Assembly: GCA_965153285.1 (NCBI GenBank)
Contig: OZ229121.1
Source: Podarcis tiliguerta
Lineage: Eukaryota
Strand: one strand, 5' to 3'
DNA length: 64,000 nt
In this document: positions 1 to 12,755 of the stretch, piece by piece
How the letters are laid out: every line of letters starts with the position of its first letter
Numbering within the stretch: position 1 is the stretch's first letter
Translations under genes and position numbers: made by a program
Notes under the pieces: model-generated
What the model was told of the DNA's origin: nothing
The model's input: the letters and a program-made list of their open reading frames with translations, nothing else
Databases searched by the model: none

Positions 1-479
1 TGTTGCTCCACATATACTTTTATACTGTGAAGAGCCCTGAGATCTACAGATGAAGGCCGGCATACAAATTTAATAAATAAAAATAATATAGGTCTGATTT
101 CTGGCAGTGAGGGCTGCTCTACAGGCTGCCCCTTCCCGTGAGTAAGCAGATCTGTTCAGAGATCAGAGGAAGTGTGTTCCTCTTTGCTGCTCTTAGTCTC
201 TCTTTAGGAAAAATATACTCTGCTCCTTTACACTCACAAACGCTGATTTGTTGATTTCCTCTAAATTCTTTCCAGTTTCACATCCATAGCATATACTAGA
301 CCAGGTCGGGTAATATGGAACCCACCTGTGCTCTGAGCTGCACCATCTAGAATATAAGTATTGGTTGCTCTTGAAAGGACGCCTCGATCAAACCCAATCA
401 CCAAACATTTCCTAAGAAACAAAGCCAAACAACTCTTTTGAGCTGTTAGCCCCCAGGGGGCAGATCTGCAAAAGCTGCC

Positions 480-664
480 AACTATAGTTCTGGGGGGTGT
501 TACTCTGACTGGCTTTGGCCCTTCCAGGTCATAGACAGAGGTCTCGAGCATCACATGCAACTTGATGGTTTTTGTAAAAAAATAAATCAACGACGCCAAG
601 CATTGAATGTGGGACCTTCTGTATGCACAGTCTGTGTTGTACCATTGAGCCTAGGACCCTCCCC
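480..664 (-). mobile_element. Degenerate Squam3-like tRNA-derived SINE
   Basis: Minus strand begins GGGAGGGTCCTAGGCTCAATGGTACAACAC...CAGAAGGTCCCACATTCAAT (decayed A/B boxes); boundaries approximate. Confidence 0.55.
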
Positions 665-2217
665 AAATATGTAAAGCTTCATGAATCTGCATGTAATCTT
701 TGTGCAGGGGTCATGCTAAAATTGCTGCATAGTTCAAATTTTAATACAAGTGCTGCCAAAGCAAACACAAATTCTCAGCACCTTTGTCAGACTAAAGCTC
801 GAAGGGTTCTTAGGAGGAACTGGTGGCAGTTCAAATAGCACCAGCTAATTTAATTCTCCTGTGGAGATATGCTCAGAAACTGGGGGCCGGAATGTCTGCC
901 AGCTCTTCCCTAGCAGCCTGGCTCAGTCACTTTGTAAACAGAAACCCTTCAAATTTTTACTTAGAATTACAGCACAATCCACATAAATACTTGTTGGCTC
1001 CCAACTAGGATAAACGTAATTTGAAACAAGGTCTGTGTGCAACACACACAACTGTCAAACCCAAACTGTTGAATCAAACTTACATTAAAAGTCCATTTAG
1101 CAGTTTCACATCAACTCAGGCTGTATTTAAAGCAGAAGACTGATGTGAGGCTCCAGTAACTTAAATTAAGGAGCAAAATTCCCTAGCCCAAATCTGAAAT
1201 TTGGCTTGAAAACTGTACATAGATGAATAAACTTTCTCACGCATGCACATACACACACATTTTAAAAATGTTAATTGCTAAGCATACATTTCAAACAACA
1301 GCATGCAGCCAAATCATTCTACTTTATCCATTTAGCTGATTGTTAATATTTGCTTTCAGAAAAGCAAATTTTATTTCGAGTCAATGAGAGAAACTGACCT
1401 GGGGCCCAACAGGGAACGCTGGATGGGACTGACTGGGTTGGTGCTGATCAGATGTGCTTGTATCAGACAGTGCTGTGTTTCCTCTGGCTCCTGGAATTCA
1501 AAGAAAAAGCTCTACCTTAATATCTAGCCTGGGGACTAGCACATTACATTTTGCTGTGATGTCACATAGCATCAAGCTGAAAATGATATGCTAAAGCGGT
1601 TTATCAGTAACTCAAGCGCTCAAATCACTTATCAGCTGCATAAATTATGCTAACATTCATTCAGGCCAGCCTACTCACTCGGAGGGAGACACGGAAATCT
1701 GACAGCAGTGAAACTGAAGCCATCATCAACACAGCTAATGTGGATTGCATTATACATCCATTTACATAAAAAAAAAAATCGCACAAGCTCTCTGCAGGGG
1801 AAAGAGCCTTTTTTTTTTAATGCTAAAGTGAGCACCAGCTATCCTAATTTCATAGAGCAAGAATTAACTGGGCCAAAGTAAAGTGACTTCTACTGTTTAT
1901 CTCTGTGAAAGAGTAAAATATCTGTAAAATACCACGGTGCAAACTAGTGGATCCAAGGCAATTGGACTTTGCACAGATGAAGAGTGAGGGCTTGGGGCTA
2001 AGAGTCAGCCTAGGCTCTACAAATTTCACAGAACAAGAGACTAGAGGTACTACTTGAGACTAGAGGTAAAGGGTATTTTAAAATTTGTTTTAATGCTCCT
2101 CCACATAAATGCCCCAACAGGTAGACAATAGAGGAGCATAACAGAAAGAGGGCTAGATTACACTTTCTTACTACATGCAATGTACCATTCATTTGGGGAA
2201 GTGTTTCAATTAAGTTA

Positions 2218-2476
2218 CCGTATTTTTCGCTCTATAAGACGCATCAGACCACAAGATGCACCTAGCTTTTGGAGGAGGAAAACAAGAAAAAAACTATTCT
2301 GAATCTCAGAAGCCAGAACAGCAAGCGGGATCGCTGCGCAGTGAAAGCAGTGATCCCTCTTGCTGCTCTGGCTTCTGGGATAGCTGCGCAGCCTGCATTC
2401 GCTCCATAAGACGCGCACACATTTCCCCTTACTTTTTAGGAGGGAAAAGGTGAGTCTTATAGAGCAAAAAATACGG
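2218..2476. mobile_element. Tc1/mariner (Tc2-like) MITE
   Basis: 23-bp TIR CCGTATTTTTCGCTCTATAAGAC (1 mismatch); TA on both sides (2216-2217, 2477-2478). Confidence 0.9.
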
Positions 2477-2557
2477 TACTTCGCTGGCAGCAGGACTCAT
2501 TGCCATGCCACCTCAACTGACTAGTATTCTCTGCACAGATTGCAGAATAGTTTTAAG

Positions 2558-2925
2558 CAGGGCCAGCCCAAGACATTGGGGCACCTGAGGCAAGCCACAA
2601 AATAGCACTGACACCCCCCCTTCCCTGCCACCAGAGAAGAAGGGGTGAGTAATGATCTACATCAGGGAAAATGGTGGGGGGACACGACACACTGAATCAA
2701 CCCAATGGAATCAAAGGTCTTGGGGGGGAGGGTCAGCTCTGAATTGTGGTGGGCAGGTGTACCACTGTAGAGGCGTCATTGCCTTCAAGGAGTGCACAGC
2801 CACAGCCACGGGCACCCCAGCAGCAACAGCAGATGATGCATTCCTGGGAGGCCAGATCTGCCGCCTCATGGAAACTGGCACCCGAGGCAGTTGCCTCACC
2901 TTGCCTCCTGGGTGGGCCGGCCCTG
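2558..2925. mobile_element. hAT-type MITE
   Basis: TIR CAGGGCCAGCCCA / TGGGCCGGCCCTG; degenerate 8-bp TSD GTTTTAAG / CTTCTAAG. Confidence 0.75.
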
Positions 2926-3028
2926 CTTCTAAGAGACTTGGAACCAAATCCTCGCTCTGGAACAGACTGCCCCAGTTCTCTCCAAATGCTTTGGACTACA
3001 ACTCCTATCATTCCCAGCCTGTATGCCT

Positions 3029-3630
3029 AAAAGGTAAAGGACCCCTGACAATTAAGTCCAGTCGTGAACGACTCTGGGGTTGTGGCGCTCATCTCGCTTT
3101 ACAGGCCAAGGGAGCCGGTGTTTGTCCGCTTCCGCAGACAGTTTTTCCAGGTCATGTGGCCAGCATGACTAAGCCGCTTCTGGCGAAACCAGAGCAGTGC
3201 ACAGAAACAGCATTTACCTTCCCACCGGGGTGGTACCTATTTACAGTGGTACCTCGGGTTAAGCATTTAATTCGTTCCGGAGGTCCGTACTTAACCTGAA
3301 ACTGTTCTTAACTTGAAGCACCACTTTAGCAAATGGGGCCTCCCACTGCTGCTGCACCACCGGAGCACAATTTCTGTTCTCATCCTGAAGCAAAGTTCTT
3401 AACCTGAAGCACTATTTCTGGGTCTGTAACCTGAAGCGTATGTAACCTGAAGCGTATGTAACCTGAAGTACCGCTGTATCTACTTGCACTGAGTGCTTCC
3501 TAAGTGCTACGTTGGCAGGAGCAGGGACCGTACAACGGGAGCTCACCCTGCTGCGGGGATTCGAACCGCTGACCTTCCGATTGGCAAGCCCTAGGTTCAG
3601 TGGTTTAGACCACAGCGCCACCCGCATCCC
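3029..3630 (-). mobile_element. Sauria SINE, interrupted by a Tigger-like MITE
   Basis: Minus strand has tRNA-like head GGGATGCGGGTGGCGCTGTGG, B box GGTTCGAATCC and ACCTTT tail; colinear with the other copies except for the 3244-3476 insert. Confidence 0.93.
3244..3476. mobile_element. Tigger/pogo-like MITE
   Basis: CAGTGGTACCTC...GAAGTACCGCTG with TA duplication inside the SINE motif CTATT-TA-TCTACTTG. Confidence 0.9.
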
Positions 3631-4025
3631 CAGGCAGTATGCTTGGAGGGTGCCAATCAGGACACTTGGAGGGTATGAAATAGTTACCTGCATGCCACCA
3701 AGTTCCTGAAAGAAGACCTATGCAAGCAAGAAGCTGGGCCTCAGCCTGCTGTAGCTGGCCGTGGTGCTGATCAGCTGAGAACTCCCCACCTCAACACCTA
3801 GGAGTGCTATTGCCAATCAATCTGACCAGAGCCATACTTCCTCTAGCAACTAAATTGGGGTAGGAATATGTACCCATCTGTCAATGCAGTTCAATATCCA
3901 CTTAGAGATACATGCACAAAAGCCTACTTCCAACTTCTTATACCTCAATAAGTAGTGTGCATTATTTCTGCAGGTGAATGGCTATTGGTAGCAAATAAAA
4001 ATAAAAAAACGAATCAATGAAGCAG

Positions 4026-4142
4026 GAATCATAGCAGAATCATAGCACTGTAGAGTTGGAAGGGACCCTATGCAGCTGGTCCATACAGGGATCGAACCTG
4101 CAACCTTGGCGTTATCAGCACCGTGGTCTAACCAACTGAGCC
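4026..4142 (-). mobile_element. tRNA-Ile-derived SINE with CR1-type 3' tail, internally deleted
   Basis: Minus strand GCTCAGTTGGTTAGACCACGGTGCTGATAACGCCAAGGTTGCAGGTTCGATCCC, then GGGTCCCTTCCAACTCTAC...CTATGATTC. Confidence 0.8.
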
Positions 4143-5147
4143 TGCCTGTTTATTGCTTCTGGGGCATATGGCAAAGAAGCATCAGGAACACAGGTGCCTG
4201 TGTATTTCAGCAACAATTTTTAGGATTTCTGCCAGACAGTTTGGTGTAGATTTTGTTTTCTGTGGTTTTACTGATGGCTATAGAAATGGAATTCTAACTC
4301 AACCTTAATCAGATCCTCTCATCCCACCCCACGTTTGTCCTATGAATAGCAAGTGCAAGGCAATTCAGAACTATTTTATTGCCACGCCATGGTCTGTGAA
4401 GGGAAAAAAAGGGATCTGATTCTGCCATACTTATAAATTTTAAAGAAGGTATTATCTGCTCATTTAAAACAAATTCTTCTATATATTCTCCAAGGGGACA
4501 GACTTATAAATAATGTAAATGTGGAAGAAATACATCACCACATTAAGGTACAAATAAAACAGACTGCTACATATTATTCAATTGACTTCTATCTCTATAG
4601 CAATGTGTCAATCTTAACAATATTTTATATGGAGATTAAGCAATAAATGCAGAGAATCATTAGGCAGAAACCTGGGAATCTTATTAATTTGTAATTTTAA
4701 AAAAACCACAAAAGGAAGTCAGAGAGGCACATTGGTTTGGGAATACTTACAAGTGTTGTATTGAAATTCTTACATTGATTTAGAACAGGTTAATAATAAA
4801 AGCATGTTGATGTTTCTATAAAATGAACAGAGCCAGCATTGATATCACATTTAATGTTCTTCCTCTCTTTAAAAAAGAAGTTTTTAAATGTATATGAACT
4901 CCAGCAGTTGGCTATTACATTTTTGTTTAGGACGTACAGTCATCAGAACATTAATTTTAAAATAAAACTAGTGCAATTGTACATTACAGTTCAGGAGAAG
5001 GGGAGCACACAGTAACCAAAGAACAAACAGGTAAAGCCAAAATTCCACCCAGGATTAAGGGCAATAGCTTAATAGAGAAAAAAGGCATAGTCTTATTGGT
5101 ATTTGCCACTTAGGAAAAAAAAGTAACACAAAGTAGAAATAGTAATA

Positions 5148-5624
5148 CAGTGGTGCCTCGCAAGACGAAATTAATTCGTTCCGCGAGTTTTTTCGTTGTA
5201 CGAGTTTTTTCGTCTTGCGAAGCACCACTGCATTTAAACACTAACAACGGCGGGGGGGGGGGAGAAGCAGGACAGCTGCCGCAGCCGGTACCTCAGACTC
5301 ACCCGCGCGTTGTGGCCACCGCGCGATGCGGCTGCTGGAGGGCGGCGGGGCTCTCTGAGGGGAGCGCGCGAAGGGGGTGCGCAGCGGCGCGAGGCAGCCG
5401 GAAGGTCGGCCATCAGCCGGAAGGTGGGAGGGAGCCGGAGGAGCGGGGAAGTGAGCGTGCGTGCGTGCAGTGACTGTCGCCATGACACAAGAGGCAGGGC
5501 TGTTTCATCTAGCGAAGCAAGCCCTTAGGAAAATCCGTCTTGCGAAGCACCTCAGAAAACGAAAAACCCTTTCGTCTAGCGAATTTTTCGTCTTCTGAGG
5601 CATTCGTCTTGCGGGGTACCACTG
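5148..5624. mobile_element. Tigger-like MITE with GC-rich interior
   Basis: TIR CAGTGGTGCCTCGCAAGACG / CGTCTTGCGGGGTACCACTG; TA TSD; TTCGTCTTGCGA subterminal repeats; same ends as 23542-23804. Confidence 0.9.
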
Positions 5625-5889
5625 TACATGCAACCTCTTTACATGGCTTACATATGTTGTGGCAATTTCAACAAATTCATATCCAGATTGCTCAGGTTAT
5701 GTCTGTCAAAGTGCGCGCTGATGTGGTTCAGTGGCTAAGAAAATGAATTGCAAGTCATACAATTCCCTTTTTTGCTTCTGCCATGTTCTCAGTAGAGTCC
5801 TCTTCATACAATCTTTGCACATGCACAGAATATGTATGGGGGTGGGGGGTGGGGGGAGACATGGAATCCCACCAGGAAGCCCCACCATA

Positions 5890-6497
5890 TGTAAATTTGA
5901 TTTGTGGGATCACCAGTCTCATATAACCAACATGCTTAAGTCTAATTAAGGCATGAAGGGGTTAAAGCCATAGAGTAAGCTGTCCTGTCAGGCTTACCTA
6001 GGTCACTCCCCCTCACCTTGGGAGAAAATAGGTAATCAAGCTTATTGTTGTACCTCAGTCTACCTGAAAAACTCAGTGTGTAAAGAGGTCTGAGATGGCT
6101 GCTCTAAGCTCAGACTACATGGCGCTTTCAAGTGTTCTTATACCAATAATTTAGAAACTTTCACCCCTGCAATGAAGCCAAGTTTTACTGCCTGTGTTTT
6201 CTTACTGATGTATGGAAAAGCTCATGAACTTGACCTTTGGAGATTTTGTAAGTAAACCATTTTTAACTTACCAAATGTGTGGTCTTTTTCTATGCTAGGG
6301 GAAGAGAAGAATACTTTGCAACTTGCAAGGGCATATTTTAAAGGTCTAATAGCCTATATTTCCACGCTTTACTTTGCTGCACATTTTATTATTTAAAATC
6401 TCTGCTGGGGTTCTCTCACCAACCAGTACTTGCCCCAAACCTGGATCTTGGTATCCAGGAATTCTTTTATACCTGTTTGTTCATTGCCAACCAACAC
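5890..6497 (+). mobile_element. Old LTR-like interspersed repeat (copy 1)
   Basis: Colinear homology with 27890-28408 (CTCATATAACCAA; GCCATAGAGTAAGCTGTC; AAATCTCTGCTGGGGTT; CTGGATCTTGG); ends approximate, no TSD found. Confidence 0.6.
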
Positions 6498-6751
6498 AAT
6501 TGACAGTCAGAACTTCTTGTGTTTAAATACTGCATAGCCAAATTCTCTCCACATCATCTTAAACCTTCAAAAGATGAGTAGTATTGGAGGTAGGCGTCAC
6601 TCCTCACTGCTCATGTAATGACAATATTCTCCACCTTGCTTCTCTGCTGCTTTCACCCTAAGGATTTGCCTAATTATGTGTTTACTGTATTTCATGTGAT
6701 GATCACCAGTTTGAAATTGGCAACTTTCATCATATTTTATATGAGTGTCCA

Positions 6752-7246
6752 TCAAGAAGGACACTGACAAACTGACAAACTGACAAACTGGAACGTGTCC
6801 AGAGGAGGGCAACCAAAATGGTCAAAGGCCTGGAAACGATGCCTTATGAGGAACGGCTAAGGGAGCTGGGCATGTTTAGCCTGGAGAAGAGGAGGTTAAG
6901 GGGTGAGATGATAGCCATGTTCAAATATATAAAAGGATGTCACATAGAGGAGGGAGAAAGGTTGTTTTCTGCTGCTCCAGAGAAGTGGACACAGAGCAAT
7001 GGATCCAAACTACAAGAAAGAAGATTCCACCTAAACATTAGGAAGAACGTCCTGACAGTAAGAGCTGCTCGACAGTGGAATTTGCTGCCAAGGAGTGTGG
7101 TGGAGTCTCCTTCTTTGGAGGTCTTTAAGCAGAGGCTTGACAACCATATGTCAGGAGTGCTCTGATGGTGTTTCCTGCTTGGCAGGGGGTTGGACTCGAT
7201 GGCCCTTGTGGTCTCTTCCAACTCTATGATTCTATGATTCTATGAT
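6752..7246 (+). mobile_element. CR1 LINE 3' fragment (ORF2 C-terminus, young)
   Basis: ORF 6818-7165 [29 protein letters not shown]; (ATTCTATG)n tail; CTGACAAA triplicated near the 5' junction. Confidence 0.95.
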
Positions 7247-7799
7247 CTGTCTAAAAGTAATGGGCCAGTCCATACTAGTTCATGGCGCCCTTCAGATGTT
7301 AAGCACTACTACAACTCCTACAATTGGCCATGCTGGCTCAGGCTGATTGGAACTGTAGTCCATGGCATCTGGAGGGCAGCACATTTCCCTTCCTTTCTTG
7401 ATCACTGAGACATCAGGTGATGGCTTTCAAAAGTTATTGAGCCATCAGAAATCAAGCCCCACATGCAGAGCCGTCATGTGACTTCTTCCTTTAAACCCAG
7501 GGTTCATTAGCTGTGAACCATCAAGTGTCAAACAGTGAAGCAATGCACATGGTTGTCTAACTTGTCTAACTCTGTATTTCTTAGCACATTGCAAAAAAAA
7601 TTACCTAGTTCCTTACCGAACCTAAAGCACCCGCCCCCCCCCCGCAGTGAATTGAAAAATGACTTATTTTATTGTTTAACAGAATATAAACAAATCATTT
7701 ATTTGGAAGAAAGCAAATAATGTAGAACACCATTTTCAGTGCTTGTACAAATAAATTACTGTCAGACCTTAACTATCTATAATATTAGTTCCAGTAATT

Positions 7800-8620
7800 T
7801 ACAAAGTGTGTCCATTTTTCAACAGTTCTAGTTTTCTGGTTATTATTACACCTTTTATGTAACCCACCCATTGGTTAATTTGTCTATCTCTGTGACCTCT
7901 AAACACATCAATAACCCACACTGTCATGAGTTGTTGATTATTCCATTTATGAACCCTCGTAATTTTTGCTAACATTAATAGATTCATAATTAGCGATTTT
8001 ATGAACATCTGATTTTTTAAAAATAATAATCCAATGAAATAAAAACAGCAAAGGTCTTAATTCCGATCCTAACCTTGCAATTTCTGATATTGTGGTCCTT
8101 ACATTTCTGAGCACAATTCAAAGTGTTGGTGCTGACCTTTAAAGCCCTAAACGGCCTTGGTCCAGTATACCTGAAGGAGCGTCTCCACACCCATCGTCCA
8201 GCCCAGACACTGAGGTCCAGCACCGAGGGCCTTCTGGCGATTCCCTCCCTGCGAGAAGTGAGGTTACAGGGAACCAGGCAGAGGGTCTTCCTGGTAGTGG
8301 CACCCACCCTGTGGAACGTCCTCCCATCAGATGTCAAGGGAATAAACAACTATCTGACTTTTAGAAGACATCTGAAGGCAGCCCTGTTTAGGGAAGTTTT
8401 TAATGTTTGAAGTTTTATACTGTTTTTAGTTTTCTGTTGGGAGACGCCCAGAGCGTCTGGGGAAACGCAGCCAGATGGACGGGGTATAATAATAATAATA
8501 ATAATAATAATAGTTTCCAATAATCATGTGCCACCTGGCATGCCCACCACATATGAAGTAGACAATGAGATGCACATAACCAACATTTGTGGCTCTGTGG
8601 AACGAACAACCCCAACTGAG
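7800..8620 (-). mobile_element. Old L1-clade LINE 3' fragment, split by an L2 insertion
   Basis: Minus translation KCWLC...LLHMWWACQVAHDYWK (ORF2 zinc-knuckle-like) and LLMLAKITRVHKW on either side of the L2. Confidence 0.6.
8109..8511 (+). mobile_element. L2 LINE 3' fragment
   Basis: ORF LVLTFKALNGLGPVYLKERL...APTLWNVLP...FRRHLKAALF; (TAA)n tail. Confidence 0.9.
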
Positions 8621-10487
8621 ATATATCTCACTCCAACTTTGTCTTCTTTCAGACAACAGGTAAAAACCCATCTTTTTCACCAAACTTTCAGTGACAAATT
8701 AAAAGTCATTTTATGTGTTTTAATTATGCTATGTATGGAATTTGTTGGAATTATGTTAATACTTTTGTTTGTTACATGTTATGTTTTTATATAATTTAAT
8801 ATAGGATCAATTTCAATGGGATTACTCTGAGCATGGCTTTGTTAACTGTCCTTTTAAGTCTAGATCCAATTGTACATTTTTCTTAAATTTTAAAATATTT
8901 TTGTCCCATCCTTCCTTGATTCGCACCCAAGGCTGTTTATGCAACAAATAAGTTACCAATTATACCATGTGAATTCAATAACAATAACATTTCTATTATG
9001 TCATCGATGATCTATTCTGTCATATATGATCTAGTTGCAGGGGGTTGGACTAGATGATTCTGGGGTCCCTTTGAACTCCAAAATCCTACAATTCGATTAT
9101 TCTAATAATAATAATAATAAAAATCAAGGAAGCCAAACAAACAGAACCACCAGCAGCAAAAAAAAAGCAGTAGGCTAAGATAATGCTCAACCAAACATCC
9201 TTTTAAAGACAATGTACCATAAATGAGAAGTTCTTGCCTCCATTTCACATCTGTCTAATCTCTAAAATTAATCATATGTGATGACCAGATTTACACAGAA
9301 GAAGGCAATCCTTCTTCTGGGTTCAGATGTTCAAGGTGTTAATGCCAAAACCAGAACTCTGAACTGTTCTCAGAAACAGCTATGATAAAATTCCAACAAG
9401 CAATTTGGGGGGAGGATTCAGAACAAGAGTCTTGAATATATTCAAGAGCTTTAAAAACGAACTTATTTTTAAAGCATGTGCTTTGGATACTTTTTGTACC
9501 TCACAATTATAACCAGAGACACAGCTGCTACGAAGGCAGAATTAATAATATGTGGGACCCTGCATACATTCTGCTTTTCACAGAGGTATTTTAGCATGAA
9601 ATTTTGCATAACCTTAAATGGCTGCACTTCCCGTTGCACAATATTCAAGAGGACTCTGGTTTGAAACTCAGCATCTGATTTGTCCAGCTCTTTTTCCAAG
9701 CCACTTTAGCAATGCCTGGGAAACAGCATACCATTTCATGTGTATGAATGAGGCTTTACACAGCCTCAATATGAGATTATTCATGCTGGCTTTCCAGGAT
9801 CAAAGAGGGATGTATCCTCCTGACACCCATATCTCTTTTACTCAAGCACTTGTACTTCACTTAGCCTCATAGGCCCTCCTCCTAAGCTACCCGCCGTATA
9901 GGAATTGCACCAGAAACAGGTTTTGCTTGAAAACCAGAAGAATGGCCAGAAGAAGAATTGTGAGTTAAGAACCAAGAAAATGCAGCAAAGCAAGAATTTC
10001 AAACTGGCTGGGAGCTCCATTGCATCCAGCACTCCTGGTGAAAATTTATTCTCTGCCATTTATTACTGTCTGTGAGAGCATAGGTGGAAACACCCAAGAA
10101 TGAAAACCACAGCCACAAAACATTCAGATAAGGCCATGATTCTTTGTTTACTTGCAGTGCTCTCTATATGAGCCAAACGGGAGGAGGAAAACTCTGATCC
10201 TAAAACTCTGCTGCCTTGTGGGATATCTTTGGGAGAAGAAAAGGCTAAGTAAACCCTACACAGATCTAGAGTCTAAAACGGTTGGCTGGTGCTTTGTATA
10301 CCTCCTTCCAGCAATTCCTGCAGACAAGCTAGTGCCAAGTGTATTGCTCTGCTTTCCCTTTAACAACATCAGTGAGGCTGAGAAGGGGGTCTTGTCCTCT
10401 GGCTACCCCCCAGAGGTGCACTCCATTGTCTCTCAACAGATGCCAGCAATGGAAACTACAATAATAGTGACTATTATTTGGTACTTA

Positions 10488-10838
10488 AAAAGGAAAAGGA
10501 CGCCTGACAGTTAAGTCCAGTCGTGAATGACTCTGGGGTTGCGGCGCTCGTCTCGCTTTACTGGCCGAGGGAGCCGGCATTTGTCCACAGACAGTTTTTC
10601 CAGGTCATGTGGCCAGCATGACTAAGCTGCTTCTGGCAAAACCAGAGCAGCATACGGAAATGCCATTTATCGACACCTGTTTATCTACTTGCACTTTGAC
10701 GTGCTTTCAAACTGCTAGGTTGGCAGGAGCAGGGACCAAGCAACGGTTGCTCACCCCGTCACGGGGATTCGAACCGCCGACCTTCTGATCGGCAAGCCCT
10801 AGGCTCAGTGGTTTACACAACAGTGCCACCCGCGTCCC
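10488..10838 (-). mobile_element. Sauria SINE
   Basis: Full-length match to other copies; TSD TATTTGGTACTTA / TATTTGCTACTTA. Confidence 0.93.
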
Positions 10839-11029
10839 CTATTTGCTACTTAGACATCAACAGTTGAAGCCTCAAATTTGTTGCTGTCCACTCTTCCTGA
10901 GCAAAGAAACCCCTCTACAGCTGCTTGATCAAGTCATAGCCACCACTATGGGCTGCTTTGACTTATTCTGGCTGCTTATATATGAAACTGCTTGGAGTGG
11001 TCATTCAGAGTTTTGGAGCAAGTTGGCAT

Positions 11030-11395
11030 CAATAGGCTAATGACACTCAGCTGTATTTCTCCCTAACACCTGAATGTTAGGAAGAATGGAGAGGCCAACC
11101 AGTGCTTGGACGCAGCAGCAAGATGGATGAGAAAGAACAAGCTGAGTTGAATCCTAGCAAGAGAGAGGCACTGTGGGTAAATGGTTGCCATGTCTGAGAA
11201 CTTCTGGATGGGGTTGTCAGACCCCTAAAGGAGAATGTTCTCTATCTGAGAGGGTTCTGGATCCAGCTTTGTCACAGGAGGCCAAGGTAGCTTCAGCAAC
11301 AAGAAGTACCTTTCACCTGCCGGTACATCAGCTGCGACCATTCCTGGACCAGGAAAACTTGGCCATAGTAATTCATGCATTGGCTGCACCCCCCC
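11030..11395 (+). mobile_element. Old L2 ORF2 fragment
   Basis: Degenerate ...WMRKNKLS*ILAR... and LRPFLDQENLAIVIHAL motifs typical of the L2 post-RT region. Confidence 0.65.
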
Positions 11396-12755
11396 CCCCA
11401 GCATGCCAGTGCAATGTGCATCGCAATACAGCTCCACTCCATCTCTCTTCTATTTAGAGGCTGATGCAAGACTTACATTCATACATCCATTCTGAGCACA
11501 GGGGAAACGAAGGAGAGCTATTCTCGGGATGATCCTGTATGCTAGACATTATCAAATTAAAATGTCCCTGAATGCAAAAAGCATTCAACAAACTAGATTC
11601 AATCTTTACTGGTTGGAAACTAAACAGGACCCTCTACTTTTATCATTGAGGCCAATCCCAGCTTCCTGGCAATTTGAACTACGTGATACACATTTTTGTC
11701 ACATTCACACTTAACACTTTTAGGTGTTCAGCAACCCCTTTGCTCACTATGTTTCCATTCTCTCATTTCCACGCAGCAGTCTATTATTTACATTTCCAAC
11801 CCCACATCTTGATTTATACAGTTTTGCAAAATAAAAATGCATGTTCATATTGGAGCATCTTGTATTTTTACACTCTAAATGAGAGCTGAGAAGCAAGGTC
11901 ACTACATGAAATGGGAAGAGAGATCATTGTAAAATCATGTTCCTTATTTAAAATAAGCTGACGCCCCTTCTCCCTGCCTCTCCCCGCCACCCCCACCGCC
12001 CTGAACGGTGCACAAAGATCCCTCTGTTAATGGCGCATGCATCTTTTATGAACTGGACCCTGCCCATTGTGGGTTGTAGTTTCTTTGCTACTGAATGCAT
12101 TAGCACACATATAATCATATTAAGGTCACAAAGACTCTATCAATTTTCTACGAATTCATACAATATTTCTTTTGCTGTTAGCACTGCTGAATATAGTGGT
12201 GATAAAGGTTGCCTATTAGAAGATGGACAGTTGAGCACATTATTATTTTATGTTGGACAGCTGATCCCTAACTAAACAGGGCAGAAGACGCTCTAAATTA
12301 AACTTCCTTTCTTTCCATTCCTGCATCCTTACTAAATGCCAAAGGGGGAGTATGTTAAAAGAACATCTATTATTTGGAGCAACTGCTACTATTTGCCTTA
12401 AAAAAAAAATACCACTAGCCATCAATTTCTCGTGAGGTTCTTCACATAATTTATATATGTTTTCATCTGATTATAAAGTAGAAACGATTTTATCTTTAAG
12501 CAGAGTTGTAATCCATGTTGTAATCCTTGCAGGATTTACTAATCCCAAATGTTGACCAGGCTCATCTCCCAAGATTAGTTTCTCTTACTTAAAAAATAAT
12601 AATACACCTAGTAGATCTAAACTACTGATCTGCCATTTAGCCTCATCAATCAGAAAACATTGGAATCAGTCTTTACCTAGAACCATAAGTTTCAGAAATT
12701 TGCAAAAGGCAAGGAATGCTGAGATTCTTTCTAGCCTCCCTTATTGGTTTCCAAA

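Noticed and set aside
2652-3299. 215-aa ORF
   Set aside because: Runs across a hAT MITE, a SINE and a Tigger-like MITE; chance open frame
4077-4142. Functional tRNA-Ile gene
   Set aside because: 5' acceptor-stem strand missing, anticodon stem mutated, fused to a LINE tail
5150-5528. Overlapping GC-rich ORFs or host CpG-island promoter
   Set aside because: Entirely inside a TIR-bounded MITE with TA TSD
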